From NCBI RefSeq assembly GCF_006345805.1, contig NC_043006.1, positions 17,360,001 through 17,424,000 on the forward strand: DNA of 64,000 nucleotides, written 5' to 3'. The first letter of the stretch is position 1. Each line of letters opens with the position of its first letter. The notes under the pieces are model-generated. The model did not search any database. It was not told the origin of the DNA and saw nothing but the letters and a program-made list of their open reading frames with translations. This DNA is from Octopus sinensis. Its lineage: Eukaryota. Made by a program: the position numbers and the translations under genes. This document shows, piece after piece, positions 39,424-52,922 of the stretch.

Positions 39424-39995
39424 GTCAAATGTTTTCTGAGATCTGTTAGTGTTTTGTAAATAGGAAGAATTTTCCTGTTCTGCTTAACACCAAAAATACA
39501 TAGCCAAGTATTTGTCTTTATAAGAGACATGATGCTTGCATTTTGATCCTAGTTTTAATCTATGCATATGTATTCCAGTTTGAACAACTGGTGTCTGTGC
39601 TCCTTTTGTAAAGCTTATCCCCCTTTCCTTACCCCTTTTCTATTGTTGCTAAACATTTACATTGATGTTTACTTAGTTACAATTCCCAATGCTATGAAAA
39701 GCCTAACAGCATGGCTTTAATTCTTAGCTACATAGCAAATGTTAATCTTTATGATCAGTGTATTCATTGTACGCTTTCTTTGCCATGCTGTGTGATATTT
39801 TCGCTTGAATTAAATGGTTAGAAGTCTTGTAATATATCGCATAATAATAACTAGGTTTATACATGTAGCATGGAACAAACGCTTCAGAATTGTATCGTGT
39901 TTGTTATGTTCTGTTCTTTGTTTCAGCTTTTAATAAACAGTGATTTTGTTTACTCTACTTACTTAAAAAGATATAAATAATTCTCAATAAAATAC

Positions 39996-39996
39996 C

Positions 39997-40027
<31 letters not shown>

Positions 40028-40377
40028 TGTATGTAGTATGTATGTATGTATGTATGTATGTTGTATGTATGCATGCATGCATGCATGCATGCATGCATGT
40101 ATGTATGTATGCATGTATTATGCATGTATGTATGCATGCATGCATGTATGTATGTATGTATGTATTATGTATGTATGCATGTATGCATGAAATTGTATGT
40201 ATGTATGTATGTATGTATGTATGTATGCATGCATGTGTGTGTGTATGTATGTATGTATGTATGTATGCATGCATGTATGTATGTATGTATGCATGCATGC
40301 ATGTATTATGTATGTATGCATGTATGTATGTATGTATGTATGTGAGTGTGTGTGTATGTATGTATTATGTATGTATG

Positions 40378-40411
<34 letters not shown>

Positions 40412-40420
40412 AGTGTATGT
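39996..40420. repeat. (TATG)n/(CATG)n compound tetranucleotide microsatellite
   Basis: Directly visible; source of the MYVC and HTYI ORFs. Confidence 0.95.
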
Positions 40421-40463
40421 CAATAAGGAATACAGACACTAAATGATGACATATATATATATA

Positions 40464-40497
<34 letters not shown>

Positions 40498-41159
40498 GCT
40501 GAGCTCTGCAATGTAATACAATACTTTTTCTATTGCTAATGTTTTTTTTTTTCATAATAGAAATTAATTGTTGGAATTTGCTTTTCATTTCATCATTATC
40601 TGTTGAGCATAATCTCTTTTTATGTGATTGCTTTTATATATATATATATAAACTCTTTCTTTCTTTTCAAATTTTCCACAGCCTGTTTGCTTCAAAATAA
40701 TTGAATTTTTCTCACTTTTTCTCAGTGTGTAATTATATACATGTGCTTGTGTTTTGTTTTGACTGTGTGATGAACATTGAGATTTCTGTTAATTTCAAAG
40801 AGTCTATACCTACCTGTCTGATTACCTGTGTACATGTAGAGTTCTGAGTTAAAAAAAAATAAAACCCCAGAAAAGTCTCATATCCTGGAGAAAAGGATTT
40901 AAACCAAATTATCTGCTACAACTAATATTGTTAGGTGAAAAATACTTCTGCATGCTGTACACCTTGGTTGCCAGTCATTGCTCAATCAAAATACCTCTGT
41001 GCTGGAATGCATGCATACTTTGGTAACTTGTAATAAGTTTAAGATAAAGGAGTTAGATATTTGCGATAAGATAGTGTATGTTTTTATGTTTTTTTGTTTG
41101 TTTTTTTGTTGTTGTTTTTGCTATAGAATAACAACAGATCAACAAGTGTGTTCACAACC

Positions 41160-41214
<55 letters not shown>

Positions 41215-41218
<4 letters not shown>

Positions 41219-42010
41219 CGCAGGAGTGGCTGTGTGGTAAGTAGCTTGCTTACCAACCACATGGTTTCGGGTTCAGTCCCACTGCGTGGCACCTTGGGAA
41301 AGTGTCTTCTACTATAGCCTCGGGCCGACCAAAGCCTTGTGAGTGGATTTGGTAGACGGAAACTGAAAGAAGCCCGTTGTATATATGTATATATATATAT
41401 GTATGTGTGTATGTTGTGTGCCTGTGTTTGACAACCTATGCTGGTGTGCTAGCAGTTCGGCAAAAGAGACTGATAGAATAAGTACTAGGCTTCCAAAGAA
41501 TAAGTCCTGGTGTCAGTTTGCTCGACTGAAGGCGGTGCTCCAGCATGGCCACAGTCAAATTACTGAAACAAGTAAAAGAGTAAAAAGAGAGTATATATAT
41601 ATATAATATATATATAGGCGCAGGAGTGGCTGTGTGGTAAGTAGCTTGCTTACCAACCACATGGTTTCGGGTTCAGTCCCACTGCGTGGCACCTTGGGAA
41701 AGTGTCTTCTACTATAGCCTCGGGCCGACCAAAGCCTTGTGAGTGGATTTGGTAGACGGAAACTGAAAGAAGCCCGTTGTATATATGTATATATATATAT
41801 GTATGTGTGTATGTTTGTGTGCCTGTGTTTGACAACCTATGCTGGTGTGCTAGCAGTTCGGCAAAAGAGACTGATAGAATAAGTACTAGGCTTCCAAAGA
41901 ATAAGTCCTGGTGTCAGTTTGCTCGACTGAAGGCGGTGCTCCAGCATGGCCACAGTCAAATTACTGAAACAAGTAAAAGAGTAAAAAGAGAGTATATATA
42001 TATATAAATA
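41215..42010 (+). repeat. Tandem pair (400-bp period) of an internally deleted family A SINE
   Basis: ggcgcagg starts at 41217 and 41617. Both copies share the same private deletions and substitutions. Confidence 0.95.
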
Positions 42011-43044
42011 TATATACTTAGGTAAAGGCAAATTTGAAGTTGGTGTTATTGATCCAGCAATAATATTACTTCTGGAATTAATATGTTGGAACCCTTCCTG
42101 TTCTGAAGAATGTGGTCCTATGGATATTTGTGGAAACCAGTCATTAGGAAATGTGTTGGACTATAATATTTAAGTTAGTGTTAACATGCTTAATGTTGGG
42201 GGAATTAACTTTTTTGATACCAACTCATCTGAATTCCTATCCCTACCCCCAGATTCTAGGATACAAACTTTCTGTCTTTAAGTAATCTAAATTAAATTCT
42301 TCCATCAAAATTTGTGTTTGTTAATTTATGTTGAAAGCATTAGCTTACCCCCCCCCAGTCATTCCACTTCCCTTGTCCACCATTCTCTACATCTATACAT
42401 CAAGCCCCTCAATCTTATTCAATCTCTACCGTTGTCATCTACTCTTCTCTATTTATCATCTTTCAACACTAGTTCTTCTTTCATTATATTCATCCCCTCA
42501 CCCATTCTCTATCTCCCATTCTTCCCCACACTCTCATAATCCCTATCCATCCACTGAGTACTTCTCTCTGCACTCACTACCACTTACCTTGTACCTTTAG
42601 GGTCCACCCAGACACCTCACCACCACTATCTTTATGTCTTCTTAGCTCCATTCCAATTACTGCCTCCACCCCCCTCTTCTAAAATGTGAGTAGCCATGTC
42701 GTTCCTCTTCAGCAAAATCTCTAGCTTTTTCTCTCATCACAGAGCACGAATCCACCTTTCTTGGGGCTCCTAGTTTTTCTGGTTGCATAGCAACCTCACT
42801 GGAGCTAGTGTCATGGGAAAATAAAAAGACACACAGTACATGCTGTAAAGTGGTTGGTGTTAGGAAGAGTACCCAGTCATAGAAACTATCCCAAAGTTGA
42901 CAGTGAAGTACAAGGTAGTCCTTTGACCCATCAGAATTCTGTCAAACTACTAATCTCATGCCAGAATGGAACATGGATGACAATAATTTCTATTGAAGTA
43001 CATTACCTTGGTTACAATTAATTTTGAAAATATTGAAGAATTTA

Positions 43045-43283
43045 CTCTTTTACCTGCTTCAGTCATTTGCCTGTGGTCATGCAGGGGCACTGCCTTTAGT
43101 CGAGCAAATCGACCCCAGGACTTATTCTTTGTAAGCCTAGTACTTATTCTATCGGTTTCTTTTGCCGAACCGCTAAGTTACGGGGACGTAAACACACCAC
43201 CATCGTTTGTCAAGCGATGCTGGGGGGACAAAAACAGACACACAAACATATACACACACACACATATACACATATACATATAT

Positions 43284-43317
<34 letters not shown>

Positions 43318-43548
43318 CGATGATGAGTTTACTGATTAATTGTTGGTGTTGCTCAAACCATTGAAGGCCCATCTTACTTTCCTCCGTAGTCATCATCATC
43401 ATCATCATCATTTAACGTCCGCTTTCCATGCTAGCATGGGTTGGACGGTTCAACTGGGGTCTGGGGAGCCCGAAAGCTGCACCAGTCCAGTCAGATCTGG
43501 CAGTGTTTCTACAGCTGGATGCCCTTCCTAACGCCAACCACTCCGAGA

Positions 43549-43598
<50 letters not shown>

Positions 43599-44076
43599 TC
43601 ATCATCATCATCATTTAATGTCTGTTTTCCATGCTAGCATAGGTTGGACGGTTTTAGCATGGAAAAACGGACGTTATATATATATATATATATATATAGT
43701 TAATCCAAACAAGAAAACACAGAAAAAAAGAGAAAAAAACACAGCAACGCAGGACGTGGAACAATTAAAGTATTATTGACGCTCAGGGAAGGAGGGTTTA
43801 ACGTTTCGAGCGGAGCTCTTCATCGGAAACAAGGACAAGGAAAGATCCCAAGAAGGGAAGACAGAGGAAAAAATATTTGAGCTGGTGGTGCTCAAGAGAT
43901 CACATATATACAACAAGCTTCTTTCAGTTTCCATCTACCAAATCCACTCACAAGGCTTGGGTCGACCTGAGGCTATAGTAGAAGAAAATTGCCCAAGGTG
44001 CCACGCAGTGGGACTGAACCCGGAGCCATGTGGCTGGTAAGCAAGCTACTTACCACATAGCCACTCCTACGCCTAT
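43045..44076 (-). mobile_element. Family A SINE split (tail 43045-43285, head 43905-44076) by nested family B fragments and a PLE-like fragment
   Basis: The halves are collinear on the minus strand. The insert holds (GAT)n, family B pieces (43388-43548, 43597-43675), (TA)n and a hammerhead-bearing segment. Confidence 0.7.
43796..43830 (-). ncRNA. Minimal hammerhead ribozyme motif (PLE type, CCGAUGA core variant)
   Basis: Minus strand: gttt-CCGATGA-a-gagc-tcc-gctc-GAA-acgt-T-aaac; stems I and II pair and stem III is an ACGT palindrome. Confidence 0.65.
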
Positions 44077-45186
44077 ATTTAGTAAAATACTTATGTGTCT
44101 GTTGACCTACTATTTGAAACAATAACATGAAAGTTTGATGCAAGGTTTTAATTTTTGTCATTTTAAATCATAGAACCAAAGATGTTTCCTTTGGGTTGGT
44201 GGGAAAAGGGTTAATGATGACAAAATTAGTTTACTTAATTTTTTGTTATTTTCAAAATTTATTGAAACAAAGGCCATATTTTAACAGAAATATGATAAGA
44301 AAGAAGGTGATGCTGTTTTAGTTTTTTCAACGACATTTGTACAGGTGAGTTTCTGGCAAACATCTTAATGGACATACCTCACTAACTAGTGCATAGGTAT
44401 GAAGAAAATATAACTCTTAAATGATATGCTAATATGTTACACTTCCATTGCATAAATTATTAGAAGACAATAAATATAAATGAGCTTGAGAATTTAAAAA
44501 AAAAAAATTGAATCACTGAATATATTTGGAATTTAGTAATCAAACTAATTATTTATTTTTTTTTTTAGCCCAGGAGATTCCAATTATTGAGTTCAGTTTG
44601 CATCTAAAATAAGAAGTGTAAAGTGGAATGGGATGGATTAACTATAATGAAAATTATTGAAGAAAATTAACTAAGCATATGTTTTGTACTGAGATTTAGT
44701 GATTATCAGAATAAAGTAGAACTAAGAACAGCAAAAAGAAATTATGACCAGCTACTAAGAAAGAGAGAGAGTATGGATTTCATTTCGGAAATAACTAACG
44801 GCAAGGCAGTTGTAGGAAATATAATTATGTCACAGCACAGAACTTGTGATAGAGTTATTGTGCTAACTTCTTAGCTCCTCTGTAATTGACACTAATGAAA
44901 ATGTTATGCAAAGTTGATTAAATTTGAATTTCAGATTTTTTTCTCCTTGCATTCACTATTCTCCAGGAAGTTCAATCAATTTGCATAAACCGAATATGCA
45001 AAGTTTAGAGATGAAATTTCTTCTTGTTTTCCCAGAACTTGACTGATAAAAGTGTTTTGATATGTTGCTGTTGTTATTGTTGTTGGTTTAGCGCTAAGTC
45101 AAGCAGATCTGTGATCAGACTTATGATCAAAGGTACTCCAACCTTGACCACTCTGTCTTCTGTTTTTAAGCATAAAGGAGCACTTT

Positions 45187-45490
45187 GTCAGTTGCGACGA
45201 CGAGGGTCTCGGCTGATATGATCAACAGAACAGTTTACTCATGAAATTAATGTGTAAGTGGCTGAGCACTCCACAGAGACATGTACCCTTAACGTAGTTC
45301 TCGGGGAGATTCAGCATGACACAGTGTGCGACAAGGCTGGCCCTTTGAAATACAGGTACTACTCACTTTTGCCAGCTGAGTGGACTGGAGCAATGTGAAA
45401 TAAAGTGTCTTGCTCAAGGACACATTGAACTCACAATCTTACAATCATGGGCTGAATGCCCCTAACCAATAAGCCACGTGCCTTCACCTA
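45187..45490 (-). mobile_element. Chimeric SINE: family C-like head/core with family D-type tail
   Basis: 45187-45357 matches family D (45763). The remainder matches the family C core gtgaaataaagtgtcttgctcaag. Confidence 0.8.
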
Positions 45491-45762
45491 TTTTTAAGTG
45501 TAGTGTGCCACAGACTACATTATCCTGTGTGTTGTTTGTTCTAAGACAGTATAATGTAGTTTGAAGGTGAACTGGTTGCAAGTTATTTGATGCTTGGACC
45601 AGTGAAAAGCATACTGTCATGCAAATATACAAACATGTGTATATATTTGTGTGTCTACATATGCACAATTCCTATATATTTACACACTCTCCTTCAATTT
45701 CTCTTTCTCTTTTTTTTACTATGTATGTGTGTTTGTATGTAGGTGTGTGTGTGTGTAATTAT

Positions 45763-46150
45763 GGATAGAAGCACTCCATCAGTTATGACGACGAGGGTTC
45801 CGGTTGATCCAATTAACGGAACAGTCTGCTTGTGAAATTAACGTGTAAGTGGCTAAGCACTCCACAGACACGTGTACCCTTAACGTAGTTCTCGGGGATA
45901 TTCAGCGTGACACAGAGAGTGACAAGGCCGGCCCTTTGAAATACAGGTACAACAGAAACAGGAAGTAAGAGTGAGAGAAAGTTGTGGTGAAAGAGTACAG
46001 CAGGGATCACCACCATCCCTTTGCCGGAGCCTCGTGGAGCTTTAGGTGTTTTTGCTCAATAAACACTCACAACGCCCGGTCTGGGAATCGAAACCGCGAT
46101 CCTACGACCGCGAGTCCGCTGCCCTAGCCACTGGGCCATTGCGCCTCCAC
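45763..46150 (-). mobile_element. tRNA-headed SINE family D, full length
   Basis: The minus strand starts gtggaggcgcaatggcccagtggctagggc..ggtttcgattccc. Confidence 0.9.
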
Positions 46151-47223
46151 TTATATTAATTATAATGTGATACTGAACTAGTGGATAGATTTGATTGTCT
46201 CCTATATCTTCAGTATTAGAAATAACTATAATAGAGTACTTAGGACAAAAAATGAAAAATTTGGTTTTAACTGGGGCATCAGCAAATATTTTCTTAATCC
46301 AGCAGCTGATCATCTAAATTCTTGCAAAATTTCTAAATTTAAAGAACAAGTCAATAGAGAAATCATGGCAATGAAGTATCCTGATTTTGCTTATAAGAAC
46401 TTCACTATAAATATAACACATTATCTACATATTTATTGAAATAATGGCTGAAATGGCTCAGTCTTCATTTGACAGCATAATACATCAATGTGTCAAAGTG
46501 TAATTTTATAACAGCTAATCATGGTCATTTCTTTCTTGTTTCCTTTTTGTCAATACAGTTCAAATACCAGAATTTTGAAAATGTCTATAAAAACAATCTG
46601 TTTCCTTCCATTTTCCATCCCACCTATGTTGTAAAAAAAAAGCATGAGTGATAGACTTCTGTTAATTTGTATATAACTTTGTATATGAATTATTGAATTC
46701 TTTTGTTAATTTATTTATTTATTTATTGTTACTATGTGGTTCCTCTCATTAAACTTACCAAACTACTATGAAGAATGGCTATTTTTAACGAAAGAGACTG
46801 AAGCAAATTAAATGATGTCTTACTTGAAATGTTTTTTTTTTTATAAAATGATGTCCATATAAAATATTTTTTTTAATGAATCTATGAGAGAGAGAGAAAG
46901 AGAGAGAAGATAGAATATTAATATTTTTTGGTAAAAACTGAAGTTGCTGTTTAATAATTAATCATCTATATTTGAACAGTCTTCGTCATTTTCATTTTAA
47001 TGTCCATTTTTCCATGCATGTATGCATCCGATAGAATTTGTTAAGACAAATTCTCTACAGCTGGATGCACTTCCGATTGCTAACTCACACCTGATTCCAA
47101 ATAAAGTAGCTAGAGATATTTCCACAGATTTTAAACAAAGGACATTGCTTGTGTAATGGCGATGCTCATTTACAACGAACATGTGATGTTGAGACAAGAT
47201 GACATTAATGTGCAGACACATTC

Positions 47224-47264
<41 letters not shown>

Positions 47265-47268
<4 letters not shown>

Positions 47269-47431
47269 CACAGGAGTGGCTGTGTGGTAAGTAGCTTGTT
47301 TACCAACCACATGGTTCTGGGTTCAGTCCCACTGCGTGGCACCTTGGGCAAGTGTCTTCTCCTATAGCCTCGGGCCGACCAAAGCCTTGTGAGTGGATTT
47401 GGTAGACGTAAACTGAAAGGAGCCCGTCGTA

Positions 47432-47480
<49 letters not shown>

Positions 47481-47680
47481 ATGTGTTTGTCCCCCTAGCA
47501 TTGCTTGACAACCGATGCTGGTGTGTTTATGTCCCCGTTACTTATCGGTTCGGCAAAAGAGACTGATAGAATAAGTACTGGGCTTACAAAAGAATAAGTC
47601 CCGGGGTCGAGTTGCTCAATTAAAGGCTGTGCTCCAGCATGGCCGCAGTCAAAAATAACTGAAACAAGTAAAAGAGTAAC
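47265..47680 (+). mobile_element. SINE family A, full length
   Basis: Full head-core-tail. Confidence 0.9.
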
Positions 47681-48904
47681 ATTATTCAATGGAATTCCAA
47701 CTCTGTCTGTTTTTTATGTTTTATTTATATTCTTTATAATATTAATGTAGAATATAGAATATGTAGTATAAATAGTATATATATAGTAAAATGAAATGAA
47801 GTATTGATTGTCTTATTGAATAGATGAAATATTGAATATCAAATATTAAGGGACTAGTATACTTTCTTGCATTTAAGCAGTCTTCAAGGTCCCAGGTTGT
47901 GACAGGAATGTTTCAACTGTCATATATATATATATATATATCCTGCCAAAACAGTCACAGAAGTCTGGTGCAAACTTCTGCTTGGCCAGCTCTTGTGAAA
48001 CTATCCCACCCGTGCTAGCATGGAGGGTGGACGTTAAATGATGATGATGATATATATATATGTATTTGTGTGTCTGTGTTTGTCCCCGCCATCATCACTT
48101 GACAACTGTTGTTGGTGTGTTTATGTCCCTGTAACTTAGCAGTTCAGCAAAAGAGACCGTTAGAATAAGTACTTGGCTTACAAAGAATAAGTCCTGGGGT
48201 CAATTTGTTCAACTAAAGGTGGTGCTTCCGAATGGCCACAGTCAAATGACTGAAACAAGTAAAAGAGTAAGAGAAAAAAGAAAAACACCGAGGCAGGAGA
48301 GAGAATGAATCAATTTTTGAATTATAAGGAATGAACCATATTCTCCACAGCAAAATAATTTATTCATATTATACAAACATTTTGTACTTATTATTTGCCG
48401 CAGCAACCTTTATCAGTTTCTGTGGAATCTATTTTTACAAAATATTTCATACACTACTTCAGTCTATGAGTAATGTTGAAATTAAGCATGAAGTAGGAGG
48501 CAAAAATTATTATTAAAAAATATTCTGATTACCATGAGTGCATACATGGTTGAATATATGTATTTATATATTTTTTTCCATATATATAATAATCAAAATT
48601 TTTGCATATGTTTTGCCATATTGACATCATTAAATGAATCTGTTTAATTAACTCTCAGAAAATAGACTTTTCCTTCTTTCAAATCTGTCTTTCACAGATC
48701 ATAGTTAAAATTACTTCACCCTTAGTGTTAGTTATTATTATTTTTGCTGTTGTTGTCATTTCTATGTTGTTGTTGTTCTTTTTTTACTTCTTCCCAGTAT
48801 GTTGTCTTTAAATGCTAATGGAATCTATACCTTGATGCTCCTCACTTCGGGCTGTACTAGTCTCTGTGTTTCTTTTTCTAGTCTCTGTTTTTTTTCTTCT
48901 CACT

Positions 48905-49285
48905 TTTACATGTTTCAGTCATTAGACTGTGGCCACTGCTTTGGAGAGTTTTTTGTCAAAAGAATCAGCCATAGTTCATATTCCTTTTCAGCCTAGTACT
49001 TATTCTATAGCTCCCTTTTGCCAAACTGCTAAGTTATGGGGACATGAACACATCAACACCAACTGTCAAATAGTGATGGGAGACAAACACAGATACAAGA
49101 CACACTCACACACAAATATATATGATGGGCTTCTTTCAGTTTCCCTGCTACCAAATCCACTCACAAGGCTTTGGTCAGCATGAGACTAATAGTAGAAGAC
49201 ACTTGTCCAAGGTGAAACCCAGTGGGACTGAAACTGAAACCATGCGGTCAGTAAGCAAGCTTCTTACCTCACCGCCATGCCTATT
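48905..49285 (-). mobile_element. Older, diverged SINE family A copy
   Basis: Collinear but with many substitutions. Confidence 0.75.
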
Positions 49286-49899
49286 ATAGATATGACAAAA
49301 CAAAAATGAGAGAGAGAGAGAAAGTGAATGAACTATTTCAGTCACTTATAAATCAATATTTGATTTACTTACTCTTTCTCTCTCCACTCCCACCACCACT
49401 ACCATTACACCTGCACCTCTATCATTTTTCACTGCCATCTTGATGTGTGCATGTGTATGTATATATGTGTATGTGTCAGCTTGAAAAATGAGTTTTTTAT
49501 ACGTATGTATTTTTCTTTCGACATAAGTAAAATACAACAAGCACATAAAAACCAATACAACCAAACCAATTTTGCGAGAAAAAAAAAGAATAAATAAAAA
49601 AAGGCTACTGTCATCTCCTAACATTTCCTTCAAGAGATGTTATTCACCAATTTATTTCTCAATACTGTCATAATGATATTAACAGTAATGTAAACCAATG
49701 TTTGACAAATCAACTTTTCTTTCTTTTCTACACATTTTTCATTCTTATGGTTTAACAAAGGAAGGACTTCATTTCTATGGAATGATTGAATGGTTATATT
49801 TCTAGCTTTCTTGGTATGTTTGTTGCAGTGTCAAATTATCCTTCTTAATTAGTTATTTCCACTCTGCATGGATATATGTGTGTGTGTGTGTATAAATGC

Positions 49900-50455
<556 letters not shown>

Positions 50456-50937
50456 ATGACAATAGAATTGGAGTGCACAGCTTTGTGTTGCAGAAACAGC
50501 TGTAAGCTATTGAAGGTGATTACATAACTCCTGTTCTTTTGTCCTTTATTCATTAATTGATATTACACTCTCTAATTGCCCAAGGCTTTACTCTACAACG
50601 TGAATACATTGAGTCCTAACAACCGATTAATAGTATTACTATTGCTAAGTGAAAGCATAACATGTCTTTTGCCAGATATGTTTTCATGGAGGATCTGGAA
50701 CAAACAATACCACTTGTGTGCTGGCATCCATTTACCACTGCCACACAATGTCAAGACAAAACAATACAAACACACACACTCGCACATACATGTTCACATG
50801 TAGCATACTACTTTCTGTTTCCATCTGCCAAATCCAAGGCTTCAGTCAGCCAGGTGCTATAATAGAAGACGCATGTTCAAGGTGTCATACTGCAGGACTG
50901 AATCAGAACTTCTTTGACACACACCATTCCCAATGCC

Positions 50938-50993
<56 letters not shown>

Positions 50994-51215
50994 TGCAAAC
51001 AGGGAAAATAGGATTGAGAATTAAAATATATGTATATTTTATTAATATCTAGTAGAAGCAAAGGCTGATAGTGTCGTGCATTGGCACTTACTGTTCCGAG
51101 ATATATATGTATGTATATATCTATAATATATGTATGTGTATACACACACGCACATGCACTCACACATACAAGCATTTTTTGATATATATATTATGTATAT
51201 ATATATATGCAAAGG

Positions 51216-51392
51216 CATAGGTGTGACTGTGTGGTAAGTAGCTTGCTTATGAACCACATGATTCTGGGTTCAGTCCCACTGCGTGACACCTCGGGCAAGT
51301 GTCTTCTACTATAGCCTCCGGTCGACCAAAGCCTTGTGAGTGGATTTGGTAGACAGAAACTGAAAGAAGCCCCTCGCATATATGTATGTATG

Positions 51393-51427
<35 letters not shown>

Positions 51428-51625
51428 ATGTATGTGTTTGTGTTTGTCCCCCCAACATCGCTTGACAACCGATGCTGGTGTGTTTACGTCCCCGTAACTT
51501 AGCGGTTCGGCAAAAGAGACCGATAGAATAAGTACTAGGCTTACAAAGAATAAGCCCTGGGGTCAATTTGCTCGACTAAAAAGGCGGTGCTCCAGCATGG
51601 TCTCAGTCAAATGACTGAAATAAAT
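51216..51625 (+). mobile_element. SINE family A, full length
   Basis: Full head-core-tail. Confidence 0.9.
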
Positions 51626-52031
51626 AAAAGATATATAAAAGATATATACAAAGGTTCATGCATGGCCATGAGGATTTTGGAGTTTATTTCACACCCACAT
51701 TGTCTTTGGTTTCATCTGCTTCTGGACAGTATGTCCTACAGATCAACAATTTTGACTTGTTTTGACTAATGGAACAATTTTACTTTACTTGTAAAAAAAG
51801 CACGGCTGTGTGGTTAAAAGTTTCACTTTAAAATCATGTGGTGTTGGGTTCAGTTTCACTGTATAGCACCTTGGGTAAGTGTGTTGTACTATAGCTTCAG
51901 GCTGACCAATGCTATATGAAGGAATTTGCTAGACAGAAACTTTGTGGAAGACCATTGTATGTGCATGTATGTGTCTTTGTCTATGTTTGTCCTCACCACC
52001 ACCACCACCACCACCACCACCACCACATGAC

Positions 52032-52262
52032 AATTGGTTACCTTGATTTAAGTACTTCACAAACACTTTTTTTCCCCCATTTCTCAAGGCACAATTTAAA
52101 AGAATATAAATATTATTCACACACTATATTCATAAAGTCAATAAGCATATTAAAAAATAAGATATTTATTTATTTTTTTAGCTTATAAATATCAATAATT
52201 CATACTGTGGAAAAAATATTAAATTCCTATTTATTCAAAAAAATGAAACATATCAAGTTTTC
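52032..52262 (+). repeat. About 230-bp AT-rich repeat; inverted partner at 55814-56043
   Basis: aattggttaccttgatttaagtacttcacaaac...catatcaagttttc is closely matched by its reverse complement. Confidence 0.9.
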
Positions 52263-52575
52263 TTGTTTAGAATTTGTGTAAAGATTTTTTTGTTTACATC
52301 CTTGTAACTTAATAGTTTGGCAAGAGAGACCCAAAGAATAAGTACCAGATTTAGAAATAGGTTCTGGGGTTGATTTGTTTGACCAAACCCTTCAACACAG
52401 TGACTCAACATGGCCACAGTCCAATGTGTGAGACAAGTAAAAAAAATCAAAACAGGATAAATGTCAGTGACTGGAAGAGTTTCCAGCCACAGAATATTGC
52501 TTCAGTAATTCTTTTCTAATCTATCCCAGTGAATGTAAAATTGATGATAAGGACATGTGTGTGTGTGTGTGTGTG

Positions 52576-52922
52576 GAAGCACTCCGTCAGTTACGACGAC
52601 AAGGGTTCCGGTTGATCCGATCAATGGAACAGCCTGCTCGTGAAATTAACGTGTAAGTGGCTGAGCACTCCACAGACACATGTACCCTTAACGTAGTTCT
52701 CGGGGATATTCAGCGTGACACAGAGAGTGACAAGGCCGGCCCTTTGAAATACAGGTACAACAGAAACAGGAAGTAAAAATGAGAGAAAGTTGTGGTGAAA
52801 GAGTACAGCAGGGATCACCACCATCCCCTGCCGGAGACTCGTGGAGCTTTAGGTGTTTTCGCTCAATAAACACTCACAACGCCCGGTCCGCTGCCCTAAC
52901 CACTGGGCCATTGCGCCTCCAC
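52576..52922 (-). mobile_element. SINE family D with a deletion in the tRNA head
   Basis: Matches the 45763 copy apart from a missing segment containing the B box. Confidence 0.9.

Noticed and set aside
42021-42173. About 50-codon frames open on both strands
   Set aside because: There are no convincing splice pairs and no recognisable protein family.
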